A stretch of DNA of 64,000 nucleotides from Patellaria atrata CBS 101060 (Eukaryota): positions 992,001-1,056,000 of the forward strand of contig MU006091.1 in NCBI GenBank assembly GCA_010093705.1, written 5' to 3'. Position numbers and translations under genes: made by a program. How positions within the stretch are numbered: position 1 is the stretch's first letter; each line of letters opens with the position of its first letter. The notes beneath the pieces are model-generated. The model saw only the letters and a list, made by a program, of their open reading frames with translations. It searched no databases and had not been told where the DNA came from. Positions 1 to 12,570 of this stretch are shown here, piece after piece.

Positions 1-449
1 TTGGTTACCAAGTTGGTGTGAGATAGCGATATTGTCTTTCGGATAGACTTGGGGGAAGAGGACGATGGTGAGTGAAGAGATCACGCTTTTATATCTCTTA
101 AAGTACTGTTACTGTTCGTACAGTAGGTATCAAGTACGCTTATAAGCGCTCCGTAGGCGCTGGTCTCCTCTGTAGAACGGATTCAGGGACACCTTAGATG
201 ACTGTGTTTACAGCACCTAAATGAATACATTTGATTTATTCGTACAACTGCGCGTTTCCCATACACCCCATTTTTTCTCCTACGTAAAGTCTTAGACAAC
301 TTCATAAATCGGCATATAGTAATCAAGGAAGGCCCTAACAGAGGAAGGAATATGATGTCCCTCTACACCCACTCCCCATCTCTACACTCATGTTCCTTTC
401 CTCCAAGAACCCAAGCCCAAAAGCTGGAACCGATGTGGGTTTTAACTGT

Positions 450-669
450 TCAAGCAACCGCATATATTATCAGACCAAACAAAGCGGCGATGAAGACGAC
501 CAGTGCAGCAACTAATGCCGTCATACAGGCGCTCCAGGGGCAAATGGTGTAAGGTTTGACAGCGTGCTATTCCCAGATACTACATACCATTGGTTAAAAA
601 CACACTTACTGGACGATTGTGTGGTAAGCTTGTCGCGACGGGAGTGATGCTCGTGATTTGGTACGGAGG
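450..669 (-). other. Two putative coding exons (610-669 and 450-566) of a small C-terminally anchored membrane protein; start not resolved, possibly a pseudogene
   Basis: GTAAGT..TAG intron at 567-609 joins in phase 0 to give PPYQITSITPVATSLPHNRP-HAVKPYTICPWSACMTALVAALVVFIAALFGLIIYAVA*, ending in a hydrophobic helix. There is an upstream TAG acceptor at 670-671. Confidence 0.3.
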
Positions 670-1705
670 CTATGGCAAGGTCATCGGCGTAAAGTATCCT
701 TATCAGCTTTCCACGTCTATAATGTTCGGTGCGCTTGTGGCATAGCTACTACGATATTACGACTTCACAGCATGATGGGGTTCGACGCGTAGTTCCTACT
801 TTTTAACCCTTTTTGTACGGGGAGTTGAAGCTGCCTTGAAAGCAGGTATACAGGAAGCTGGAAACACTCTGACGAGAAAAGAGATATGTTGAAGTGTTTT
901 GAGTACTTACCACGGGCCGTAAGGAGGTTGACTATTGCTGAGCGCCCTGTGACACATTGCGGTGGAGATTACAACCCGTCTTTGTCATTACAGTTACGAA
1001 CATAGTTCAAACAACAATGGGGGGAGGGATTCAAATCGAACACAGGAAATTGGATTGAGAGGATAGAAGGAAGATGGAAGAGGAATGCAGATGTTAGATT
1101 TTGGATTTTGTGAACCTGTGTGCATTTTGTGACAAGGAGTGTACCGAATTTTGAATGTGGAGCGCCTTGCTACTTGAGAAGTCCCCCTAGGTTCTGAGAT
1201 ATACCCTCAACATCACCTTCAGACATTCCTGGCTATTGGCTATAGGGTTGACTTGGTTGATTTCCTACCATTTGGGTCGGAGGATGGAAAGACTGGAACT
1301 GTACCCGAACATATGATCACAAGGGATTTCACCAGGACGACTTTGCACGAAGTAGTTGTGTAATGATTGATTATGCTGTAGCTTTTGTATTGGAGGATGA
1401 GTTCCTATTTAAATTGTGTATATGCATGAAATGAGTTGAAGTTCAAGGTGGCTGAATGAGATGATCGGATCAGATGGGGGGCAAATAGGGGTAGACCCTC
1501 CACAGCAAATCTGTCCCTGAGAAGTAGACCAATGGGGCCCAAATTAGGACCAGATGCATAAGATGGCGAATTCACCGCATTGATGGATAGATGAAGCCGT
1601 GCTCGTTCATTCTTCGAGAGATGGTGTAGGCGCATCCAGCTTAGGCGGGGAAGGTGCTAAAATAGATGAGCTTCAAGAACAGGAAGAATGAGTACCGGGA
1701 TTGAC

Positions 1706-2459
1706 TTACTCGGAGGCACAGAGGTAGAAGTGCATGTCGTTCGTAGGGCACTCCTTATAGACCGGCCAGTCACAGCTGCTGTCACCGGGCTTGCAGTAGA
1801 CGTCCTTGAATGCACCGCGCTTCCTCCCACACTGGAAGAGACTGTTTCATGTTAGAAAGATGTGCTTATTCTTGATTCGGGTGAAGAATGGAAAGTGTGA
1901 TTGAGCTGAAATAGTCCACATCAAAATCCAGAAGATGTCGAGGAGGATGAAGTTGGAGTTCAAAACGAATCTGAAGTATAATTGCTAACGAAACAATGAC
2001 TTACCGGCCATAGTTAACGAAGGGGGTCCCATCTTCATGGCTCAAGTTGAAGCCGACATAATTGTCCTTTGCAGTGTATTCAGCCTGGTAAGGATGGTTC
2101 ATCCCTGAGTCAGACTCGGGGGACACCTTCATGCTGATACCGAGCCCGTAAGACTGGTAAGGACAGTTCCAGCTATAGTATCTCAGAGTCAGTATGTGAA
2201 TATTTGTGAAAGGTGGTGAGTGGGTATTAGACGAACGCCCTATGAGCACCAAGTTTGTAGATTGATGTGGCATCACCATCGCCTCGAGCGCAGGAGACAT
2301 AGACAGGGAAGTTGCACATGTTTTCGATGTAACCCGTTGGCCCAGCATATGCAAGAGAGCCGAAGCTCGCGAGGAAGATTAAGGATTGAAGGAGGAGCAC
2401 TTATAAGTTAGGAATTTCACCGTAATGAACGAGTTGCGGATACTCCTGGATTACTCACT
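1706..2459 (-). CDS. Small secreted Cys-rich protein, Bys1/thaumatin-like fold (155 aa, 8 Cys, 4 exons)
   Basis: Exons 2459, 2237-2399, 2005-2172 and 1706-1841 total 468 nt. Signal peptide MLLLQSLIFLASFGSLAYA, then Bys1-type motifs ENMCNFPVYV, GISMKVS, QAEYT, FNLSHEDGTPF, VYCKPGDSSC and terminal FYLC. Confidence 0.75.
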
Positions 2460-3143
2460 GATCCCGAATTGGATAGAAATGCAAGTGAATGAATAGAAAT
2501 GAAAGTTGTAATGTAGAGAGCTGTCGAAGAAGCCGTTGAAAAGCAGTGGAGAACGCAATCAGACGAACCTACTGTAGAAATGCTATTGGAAAGAGAGGAA
2601 GGAAGAGTCTCAAAGGGAGAGAAGTAGAAGTCTTAAGTAGATAAGACCCTACAGCACCGTTTGCTCCGATATCGTTGATAAGAACGTATCTAGGAGCATG
2701 CGGTCACTTAGAGCCCGTATGTTACGTGGCCTCCTAACAGTGTGACCATTGTAAAGATAAGAAAGATTAGGGAGTGAGTGCATATTTTGTGGCGCTTTAC
2801 CAGCGTGACCATAATACAGACATGAGAGTAAGAGTAGACGCAATATGACCATTGATAGAGAAGTAGAGAAGAGTTAAGCACGTATGTCGAGAAACCCCCT
2901 ATCCGAAGGCTTTTTAATTGATGATTCTCATAGAGAAGCCATTATCATAGCACAACTTTTCCTTGAAGAATGCTCCCCAAATTCCCCATATCGAACATCG
3001 CAAAGCAAATTGACGCAAAATCCACCCAATGAGAAACTCAGAAGATGAAAATCCAATTCAAGAACTCCATCACGAACACTGCCAAAGAAGAAACCTCATC
3101 TCAACGCCTGAGTCCGACATAGTCGAAGCAAATCGAGTTTGTG

Positions 3144-3418
3144 TCAGGATTCAGGAATGGTGATCGAACCAAATGCCGACATGTGAATACCGGCAAAGCA
3201 AACATAAGCGTAGATGTTGAATTGCATGGCTCTCTTTTGTCCACCCTTGCCGTTTGGGACTTTGAGAGGACGAACGCCGAAGGTAACGGATGCCGTAGGC
3301 CCGCAGTAGCAATTGAGACGTTCAAGATTGACGACAGGTTTGTTTACGGTTGCACCCATGACTAGAACATGTTAGCGTTTGCAAGATATCAGCATTATGA
3401 ACGGGACTTACACTCCAT
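3144..3418 (-). CDS. Small hypothetical protein (at least 74 aa), spliced; may have an extra upstream exon from about 3570
   Basis: ATG GAG T followed by a canonical GTAAGT..GCTAAC..TAG intron (3362-3411) joins in frame to FMGATVNKPVVNLERLNCYCGPTASVTFGVRP...IPES*. A second CTAAC..CAG acceptor near 3455 and a TATA-like TATATA near 3650 lie upstream. Confidence 0.5.
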
Positions 3419-4204
3419 AGCGATAGATGATGGATAGACTGGCCGATAGTATGCTGACAGTTGTTAGGTTTTTTGGATCTGATAAAGATAGGATCTGATA
3501 AAGGTATAAGTATGCGATTACAATTATACTGGTCCGCTATCGCACAGTCTGCAGAATAGAATTGCTTCATATGTGCGGTACCGGATTTGGTCTGGTGATG
3601 GACGTCACAGGAGACCATATGAGGAGATATCAGTAAACTAGTACGCATATATAGCAAGATCATATTTAACGAATGAAACGGAACGTATTTTGCAATCATG
3701 TGAAGAAAATTCCAGTGTCGTAAAGACACTAGTAGAAGCATCATGTCATTTAAGGGGACAACGAGCACAGGTGCGGAAATGATGCTTCGAAGGATACATT
3801 CTCACCGCATAGGGTTGTGGTGACCTGTACAAAGATGCGATATAGTGGTGTTAGGGATATCATACGGAGCAATCGTAAATGATCGGCGAAAGAGGATTTA
3901 TTTTGGGCATATTACACCATGGTATTACACTCGACAACTGTTCTTGATATCGCAGATGGACACTGTGGGTCTTCATCAGTATAATTGTGCTATACCGAAA
4001 AGCGAGTTTTGCGCCGTAAAATATGCAATGAAACATGACGTGAGCTTCGTTTGGTTTTAGTGACGAAAGTCTGGCAAGAGTTCGGTGGCGGGGTCGGCAC
4101 GCAGTGATAAATGAAATGGATAAAATGAATAACCAAGCTGGTTTTGTCACGTAGAAAAGTGAGATACCTTATATTGGATTTCGGTGAAAAAAATTTCATT
4201 AAAT

Positions 4205-4403
4205 CCGCGTATAGTCGAGTTGGTAAGAAGTCACGCTCTTACCTGTAACATAACTTTGCGAGTTCGTGGTCTCTCGAAACGCCTTGTGTTCAATCCTCGG
4301 CGGTTCCATTTCAACAATGGCGGGAGGGGCCTCAGAGTATAGCTGCTGAGACGATGCGGAGGGGCGGGCCGTATCGAGGGAAATTTCCTTTTTGTTTTTT
4401 TTT
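4205..4403 (+). ncRNA. Degenerate tRNA-like Pol III unit (tRNA pseudogene or tRNA-derived element)
   Basis: A box TAGTCGAGTTGG at 4212, anticodon-like stem TCACG(4231)/CGTGG(4265) with CT-CTT-A loop and about 22 nt intron-like insert, B box GTTCAATCC at 4288 and T-runs at 4389-4403. Acceptor and T stems pair poorly. Confidence 0.35.
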
Positions 4404-6341
4404 CTTTTACTATTTCCTTTTTATTTTCATTTTTGCTTTTGAGTTCTCCAGGCGAGCAACTGGATTCTTTACCACGTTCTTCAATTAGCAACTTAGAGCT
4501 ATAAGCGTGTAGAAAGTCATTGGGGAATATACCTCTAGGTGACCAGATTTGTATCAAGTTGGGGGCTTGGGAAAGTGAATTCTTTATCTGTTCTAATGGT
4601 TTCATACTATGAACATTCGTATGGAAAGCAAGATGTGTGGCTTGAGACCAGTTGTAATCGGCTCTCTTACCTTTTCTCCTGGGTAAGTAGGAACGGGTCC
4701 CAGCTTGGATAGGGAAAGTTACTTTCTCACGCTTTAATGGAGAGGTACGGAGAGAATCTTGAAAATAACATAACTGTAGCAAGTAAATGTTTGAGGTCAA
4801 GTAGCAGGCTAACGCCGGTCTACCTTACCTCGACTCTGATCAACAAGCTTAATCCTGCCACAATGCTACAACTTTCGGATTGGAACAAATTAAAGCTGGA
4901 CCGAGTAGGTCAGTACATGGTGGTTATATTCTATGAAAGGAGAAGGCGGACAGACACAAGAAAGCATTTCTTAAGGAACCATCGCACCTCGTGATGATGC
5001 GAGGAGCACGGGGAATGCTGTCCAGTTTCTCTAAAATTGATATTGAGAGCAGCGTATGATGAAGAGAAAGAAGTAATACTTATACTGCCGGGGTTTTTCA
5101 GTTATCATGCCGGACAAGATGAGCAGAGAACGAGGTGAAAGGGTGCTCGATGATTTATATACATTACCCAGCGTACGGTACCTTATTGCCCATGGGTAGC
5201 CAAAATGGGGCCTGCAGTAGACGCAAAGAGTAAAGGAATAGATATCGGACCATGGATAGGGAATATCGTGGAAATGACTGTTAACGTTGATAGCAACGAC
5301 CAGGGCTATCCGTACAGCAGCATGCAGTCCTCCTAGAACACATCTTTGTAAGCCCCGAAAATGTTTACGGGGTAACCTACCTAGTATAAAATAGATTGGA
5401 GGTATTAGTCTGAAAGGAAAACCACGAAGAAATAATGATCAGATATGAATTGAATCTGTTTCCTTCTCGTCCCACATAGAATGCCTAAGGTTAAGTATAA
5501 CCATCAAAGACTGTCCTCAATTATGCTCTTTTCCAACTACTTGACTTCAAACTAGTTATGGTTCCATTAATCTTTACGGTTTTCAGACATGCAGTGATGC
5601 TATGGAAGGAGATGGGAGAGAGGTTGAAGACCTGTCGTCCAGAACTAGAACTAGCGGGATTCCACCCCTTACCCTTACCATCCGGAGCGGGAATTTCTCG
5701 GCGTCTCTATGAAACAGACTTGCGCATGAGAACCACTATCATTATTATTCCAATACCAATAGCTCGGGATCTGTTATAGGCAGACATATACAAGTGGAGC
5801 ATAGATCATTGATGGGTAATTCGTTCGGAAACAGGGCTACCCATCTGTCCGATATTAATTGGATTCTTATTAAAAATACCTGGATCATCCGGGCCGCTTG
5901 ATGGGTACATTATTGTACTTTACGCAAATAACGAGGACAAGTTTTTCTAATCATGGATGCTACGGTACGGAATGTCCGACTGTTCTTTGCCTATTATGAA
6001 CCTTTAGAAGCGACGATAAACGGCATACTTGTACATTGTAAGATATGTCTTCTAGAAATGCGGTCTGGAAGGAATGATCCATGGGTATCACTGTGAGTAA
6101 TCTAATAACACATTGTACCCGGTTAGAGAACTGCAGTGTGGAGACTAATGTGCTTGTTAAATTACATGAAGCTTAAAGAGTAGACCGAAACGATCACGGA
6201 GCAGCTCTGGCCTCGGCTGCTAGCCACTAACGGAAGAATCATGGTCATCCATATATCTGGAATTGGTAGAATAATATCTAAAAGAGTTGTCCTGTCCAGC
6301 ACATCGGATCTGACCTGAACGAAGCTCTCATATCCCTTATC

Positions 6342-7320
6342 ATGGCTGGACGACTTGCTATAGCAGTATGCACTCTGCTCGCTGCATCAGCAGCTAGAGC
6401 AGAGAACTATCTTATCACATTGTAAGTACTGTGTCCGATAAGTCAACATTGGTAGAATACTGATCGGCCTCGAAGCGGTGATTCATACTCTCAAACCGGC
6501 TTCGACGTTACTAAGACGAAGCCCTCCGGTTCCAATGTGCTAGGCAATCCATCCTTTCCTGGCTGGACGACATCGGGCGGTCCGAATTGGCTTGGGTTCC
6601 TTGCACAAAATCATAGTCTTTTGACCTACAACTTCGCGGACGGTGGAGCCACCACGGATGCCACTCTTGTAACTCCATTCCAGCCCACGGTCAAAAGTTT
6701 CATCGACCAGGTGAAGGGCTTCAGCAACAGTATCGGTTCCCATCCATCATATGCTCCTTGGACCTCAAACAATACCGTTTTCGGAGTCTGGATTGGTGTG
6801 AACGATGTTGGCAATTCGTGGTGGAAGTCGGATGTGGATCAACTCAATGCGAAGATCATGGATAAGTACTTTGAACAGCTCCAGATCCTGTACACGGCAG
6901 GCGCGAGGGTATTTGCCCTACTTGGGGTACCGCGTAAGTGAAACGCTTCTTGTGGGGCGAATAGGAAAGTTGGACTGTAAAACTGATAGGTTTCCAGCAA
7001 TTCAACGAAGTCCAACAATGCTTCAACAGACGAAGGATGCTCAACAGGGTGAATTTGAAGTCATCAAGCGCTACAATGCACTTCTTGCTAGCCGTTGGAG
7101 CGCATTCATGGCCAAGAACACCGGAGTGATGGGCGCGGTCGTGGATACCATAGAACCCTTCAATGCGGTCTTGGATAAGGCAAAGGACCCTGCTTGTTAT
7201 AACAGCGACGGAGTAACGTGCGCATGGTGGAATGATTACCATCCAGGGATCGCAATTCATGAGACGGTCGCAAAAGCAGTGGAAAGGTCTCTCAAACCGA
7301 CTTTGAGATGGATGAGATAG
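6342..7320 (+). CDS. Secreted SGNH/GDSL acetylesterase, carbohydrate esterase family 16-like (3 exons)
   Basis: Signal peptide, F-GDSYS (block I, split by intron), [19 protein letters not shown] and WWNDYHP catalytic DxHP motif. Confidence 0.9.
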
Positions 7321-8384
7321 ATACCGGTACAAGTAGAAGAGCTGTGAAGGAGTTAAGGAGATAAAGACAAAAATAAACCTAACGTAGTCGCTTATTCCAC
7401 CAATCGTTGATGCATCCGCTTGAACTAGCAGTCTGACGATTTGATTTTATCAAGACTCCCTCCTTTGCTGTATGAATATTTCTCTTATATACTGTACTGC
7501 ATCGATGACATTCCGTTTCTGACGGGGTAAGGGACGCAAAACTTTAGTCTCAATGGGAGACTATGCAAATTTCAGCCCCACATACCTCTCTTTCTCTCTG
7601 GATATCTTGGGAAGACGTCTGCAGAGAGAGCACACCCTCCGTACATGTAGTGATATGCAATGAATGAGGCCTCCAGTACCATGCTGCGCAGTGATTATGC
7701 AACGAACTCATCATTTAGAGGCCAAGGTGGCCTTGTAGGACGGATCATCCATAACGGTACAGTTCTACACAACAAGAGTTAGTCCACCTCGGACTTAGTG
7801 TTGGAGAGCGGTTAGGCTACACATCATCCTAGATATACGTCTAACAAGATACATGAAAGCTGCTGGACCCCTAGAGAAGGCTAATCACGTCAGCGACGGA
7901 CTGTTTACGTTAACACAGGAGCTGTAATGCTGCAAGCGTATAACTGTTTCAAAAGGCCAGGGTTGACTTTAGCGCTGACAATTGGATCATTTCCCCACAT
8001 ACTCGCATCGAACTTTGACGCAAGAAGATAACGTCGAGCTGTGCTGTGTCCCTGGTCGCACACGCACCTGATTCATCCGCTCTACCAGTTCTACTAGAGG
8101 ATGCGGGCACCTAAGCAGCCAGTCATTGTAATATCGATACCTCTGGATAGGGTATATCGGCCGTAGACGGGATCTCCAGTGAGCCCCCCATCTTGAAACC
8201 TGTTATTGTTGGAGGCCTAACGAGGGAGGGTAGTATTCATCGATGGCTATGGAACTATAAAGCGGGTGCGATGGAGCACCATTTTTCAATTAGTGTCTTC
8301 TCCAATTGACTCCTTGCCCTCGCCATTGTTACTCCTAGAGAAAGATCCAACTTTCCGAGCTGTTCACTGGTAAACCGAGTTAGA

Positions 8385-10174
8385 ATGACTACAAACGGCA
8401 CCTCAGATGGATATAAACCTTTCGAGACAAAGCTGTGGATCAACAATGAAGTGAGTAGTGCGAAAGCCGCCATATATGCTATGGGTTGACCCTGATAGTT
8501 CGTCGAAGCAAAATCCGGCAAATTCTTGACTATCTATAATCCACATGACACTTCTCTCGTGACGAACAAAGTCCATGTCGCTGGACCGGAAGATGTCGAT
8601 GCCGCCGTCGACGCTGCCGAAGCTGCGTTCAAGGCCGGCCCCTGGAGTTCCTTCTCAGGCGCACAGAGAGCTGCTCTGATGCTCAAGTTTGCAGACCTTG
8701 CTGATGCTAAGGCCGAAGATCTTGGGTATCTTGAGACTATCGCTATGGGAGCCCCTATCATGGTCGCAGCCTCCATTGTTGGATTCCTAACTGGCGTCTT
8801 CCGATGTAAGAGGATCCTTTGTCTTCTCAAAGTTAGGAGCACTAAACGTTTCTTAGATTATGCAGGATGGGCAGATAAGATAGCTGGAGAGACGTATCCG
8901 GCGGACGACGGATTATATAAGATAGTACGCTATGAACCGCTCGGAGTGACTGCCTCTATCGGGGCTTGGAATGCGTCTTATATGTGGGGATTCTGACTTA
9001 TCCACTACTGCATACTCGTTGAACTAATCAATAGCGTAGGTTATTTGGCTGGAAAGTTGCTGCTGCACTTGCTGCAGGCAACACTGTGATTTACAAACCT
9101 TCGGAAAAGGCACCTCTGGGTGTTCTTGCTCTAGGTCCATTGTTCAAGGAGGCTGGTTTTCCCCCGGGTGTTGTTAATGTTTTAAACGGTGGTGGCGAAA
9201 CTGGACATCTGTTAGCTTCCCATATGCGGATTGCGAAGGTCTCATTTACCGGAAGTCTTTTCTCGGGCAAGAAAGTCCAAGAGGCTGCCACGAAGAGCAA
9301 CTTGAAACGATGCACGCTCGAACTTGGCGGAAAGTCACCGTCCCTAATTTTCAATGATGCTGATATAGAGAATGCTCTGAACAAGTAAGTCGACGGAACC
9401 GTATCTGCTTTGGTATGCTTAACTTACCGGGTTAGCACCTCGAACGGATTTTTCGTACTCTCTGGACAGGTCTGCGTCGGTAAATGAAGTAGTTCTCAGT
9501 ATAAAGTCTAACGCTGACCGCATATAGCTGGTAGTCGAGTCTATGTGGAAGAAGGCATTGCCGATAAATTCATTGAAGCTTTGAAAGCTCGTTATGAGGC
9601 AGTTGGATCCACTCTTGGAGCAAGTACTTTAGAACCAACCACTTTCATGGGTCCTCTGGCGGATAAAGCGCAATTCGAGCGTGTCATGGAATTTATCGAA
9701 TCCGGTAAGAAGGAAGCTGAACTCGTAGCGGGAGGCAACCGTGTCGGGGAGAAGGGTTACCACGTCCAGCCCACCATATTTTTAAACGCGAAGAGCGATG
9801 CGAGGATCTATAAAGAGGAAATTTTCGGCCCGGTCGTGCACATCAAGACTTTCAAGACGGAGGAGGAAGCTATTGCACTGGCTAACGACACGAGCTATGG
9901 ATTATCTGGTACGTGCCTTTCTGAATACACTTGGAGAAATAAATGAACTGATGAATATATAGCAACAATTTATACCTCTAATCTCACTCGCGCCTTACGA
10001 GTGTCTGCGAAATTGGAGACTGGAACCGTAGCAATAAACTCCACGTGGTTCCCTAGTAACCAGACCCCGTTCGGAGGGTCCAAGCAGAGCGGATTAGGAC
10101 GAGAATCAGGCAAGGCTGGCTTGTTGGCCTATTTGGAGGCAAAAACCATCCATGTGAATATGAATGTGGACTAA
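8385..10174 (+). CDS. NAD(P)+-dependent aldehyde dehydrogenase (multi-exon)
   Basis: KLWINNE, YAGWADK, KPSE, FTGS, LELGGKSP (catalytic Glu), GQVCVA (catalytic Cys), EEIFGPV, YGLS and PFGGSKQSG. TATAAA near 8256. Confidence 0.96.
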
Positions 10175-10784
10175 AATGGCTTAAGAACCAATGTGTGAAG
10201 TCTGAAGCCATTTGCGGGAGTAGCATTTGTACAGCAGAACCACCTAATGCCATCAACTCCGAACACCACGTCTTTTGTCACTCTACTCACACCCTCGCGA
10301 TCGTTAAGACCCTGAGGTCCCGCGCTCACTGAAATAGCTTCGTAAGCGTTGGATAATAATCGTACCTAGAGATTGCCTTTCCGGGATAATGGACCCTAGA
10401 TTTACTCTTATTCCGGTTTAAGTGGTCACGAGTAGCAAACGAAACAATAAGGTACCAACAGAACGCAATTCCAAGGAATGAAATGTCCCAGACGTTCGAC
10501 GAAAGTTGTAGGATTTGCCTCTTTGGGGTGGAAGCGGTTAGGGTTACACTTTAAACAAAAGTTCCTCCGTTCTTCCAACATATGTAGTGTTAGTAATCGG
10601 CAGTCACGACTCCCGTCCCAAACATCAATTATGACAACACGTGGACGCCAAGAGTGAAATATCAAAAACCTGCTCGATTTTCTAAGAAAAATCGCAAAAC
10701 TTACCCATTTAGGATAGAATTTGGTTGGCCGGGTAACCTCATCACCCATTGGCTCCCTTGCCCGATCCCCAACTTACCACCTCA

Positions 10785-11980
10785 TCAATGATGCTCACAC
10801 CCACAATCCATGATTCCAAACGCTCTTCTCGTCAACTGTGCCGCATTTGGTACCTTACTAACCTTCCTCTGCTCAAGATCAACCGGCAACGTCGCGGCCT
10901 CTTCCACGTCTCTGCTAAAGATGCCCGGCGTCGGTAGTCCCGCGTGCCCTGTAGCAAGGAGGTTGAGCCATGCAGCGAGACGGTATCCCGCTTTCGCAAT
11001 CTGCTGCTCCACGACCGGAAACGCCATATCCGCATAGTCGCCCCCGATCTCCTTCCTTTCAACCGCCTCCACGCCGTTCGGGATGACCGCCGTGCAGACG
11101 AAGGAGTTGCCGTCCCGTGCCCAAGTCATGGCTGTTGAGAGAGGGTGGCGTACGTTGAGGTTGCGTAGCCAGCTCTTCTTGGATTTCCTGTATGCGCCCT
11201 TCTCGATAGAGTGCGTGATGGTGCTAGCCCAGGAGGAAGCGTAAGTTAGGTTGTAACCACCGATGCGCTTTTCGGGGATCCGAGTGTCCCAGGAGGCGTG
11301 GAGGTTCGTGGCGAGTCCGTTGAAGGTTACGTTGATGAGGTTGCCGCCGATCACTTTTGGTGTTAGAAGATTGCTCACGAAAAAGGGGGAAATAGGGACA
11401 TACTGAGGTTCTCATCGTGTAGAGGTTGAGTGATGTCCCCAGTAAACTGATCAAACCTTTAGCACACCGGCGTCGGACGGGAAGGTATTCTCTTACGTGG
11501 ATGATCCATTTCAACGCCTTCTGTACTTCAATGGCGGGGAATTTCTTACTCTTAACCCTCTGGGTCTATCCCCAAACAATCAGCATGGTGCATACTGAAG
11601 TTACGCCTCTGATCGCACCCCCTTGATAGTCAACCCACATAATTCGCCAAAGCACTGACAATACACCCCTCCTCTGGACAATCCCTCTCAAAAACCACAT
11701 TACAGGTTTGCGGCGGATTATCTAACGCATCGATATAATGGAATACACTGCTGAACCCTCCTTCAGCCGTGTAGCGATAGCTATCTGCCCACGTAGCCGA
11801 GTTTGCGAGATATGAATCTGATGTATCATTCAGAATGCTTTTAGCCCATTTCGCGGTTTTGGCGGAGACGAAGTGCTGCGCGACGTACGCGACGGTGGTA
11901 TGGCCGAGAGTTCCCCAGGCGTAGACTGTGGGAAGAGGGAGGGCGAGAAATGAGAGTGGGAGCAGGGCATTTGCCTTCAT
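10785..11980 (-). CDS. Secreted S1/P1 nuclease (4 exons) with C-terminal extension
   Basis: Signal peptide then mature N-terminus WGTLGH, WADSYR, HYID, H-F-x-GD-x-x-QPLH, NLHASWD and AGYRLAAWLN. Confidence 0.95.
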
Positions 11981-12570
11981 AGTTGCGGTTGTGGATTGTG
12001 GATGTCACTTCGGACGGTAGGGCAAGGTGAGCACAGGAACATGTTCGCGATGGGAGATGTCTGGATATATAAGACGATTTCATTTTCTATAAGCGCTTGA
12101 TCTCATGTCGGTCATCTCCGTCTCAATTTTGATAGAGTAAAGGTAGATCTGCTGCTGTACGGTGGCACCGGGTTGATAGGATGAGGTTGAAGTTGGGACG
12201 GAGAGCTTTCACTTTCTGCCTGCCAATGCAGGATTAGCTCTCGTGTGCAGGGGCCATCAGGCTCGGATGAGGCGTAAAACCGGTAAGGCTTGACTTTCTC
12301 TTATCTCTCCTTGGTATACAGGCTGAATAAAAGAGAGACTGGGTTGTTCATGACTAGAAGTAAAAAGCCAATGATCATATGTCGTCAAATTTGCTCCTTT
12401 TGTACAGAGTAGCGGGAGAGCTGTAGTTCTAATCGTCTATATACAAGCGACGGTCCAAAAGAACGTTACGAGAAATGATGGTCCAGTATTCTAGATATCA
12501 AAGTCCAGGGTATCGTACAGAGACAAGGAAAGTTTGATCATCCGTTTTCGTAATAAAAACATGATCGCCA

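Noticed and set aside
1842..2004. Stwintron in the long third intron of the Bys1-like gene
   Set aside because: Removing an internal intron at any AG does not regenerate a GT donor.
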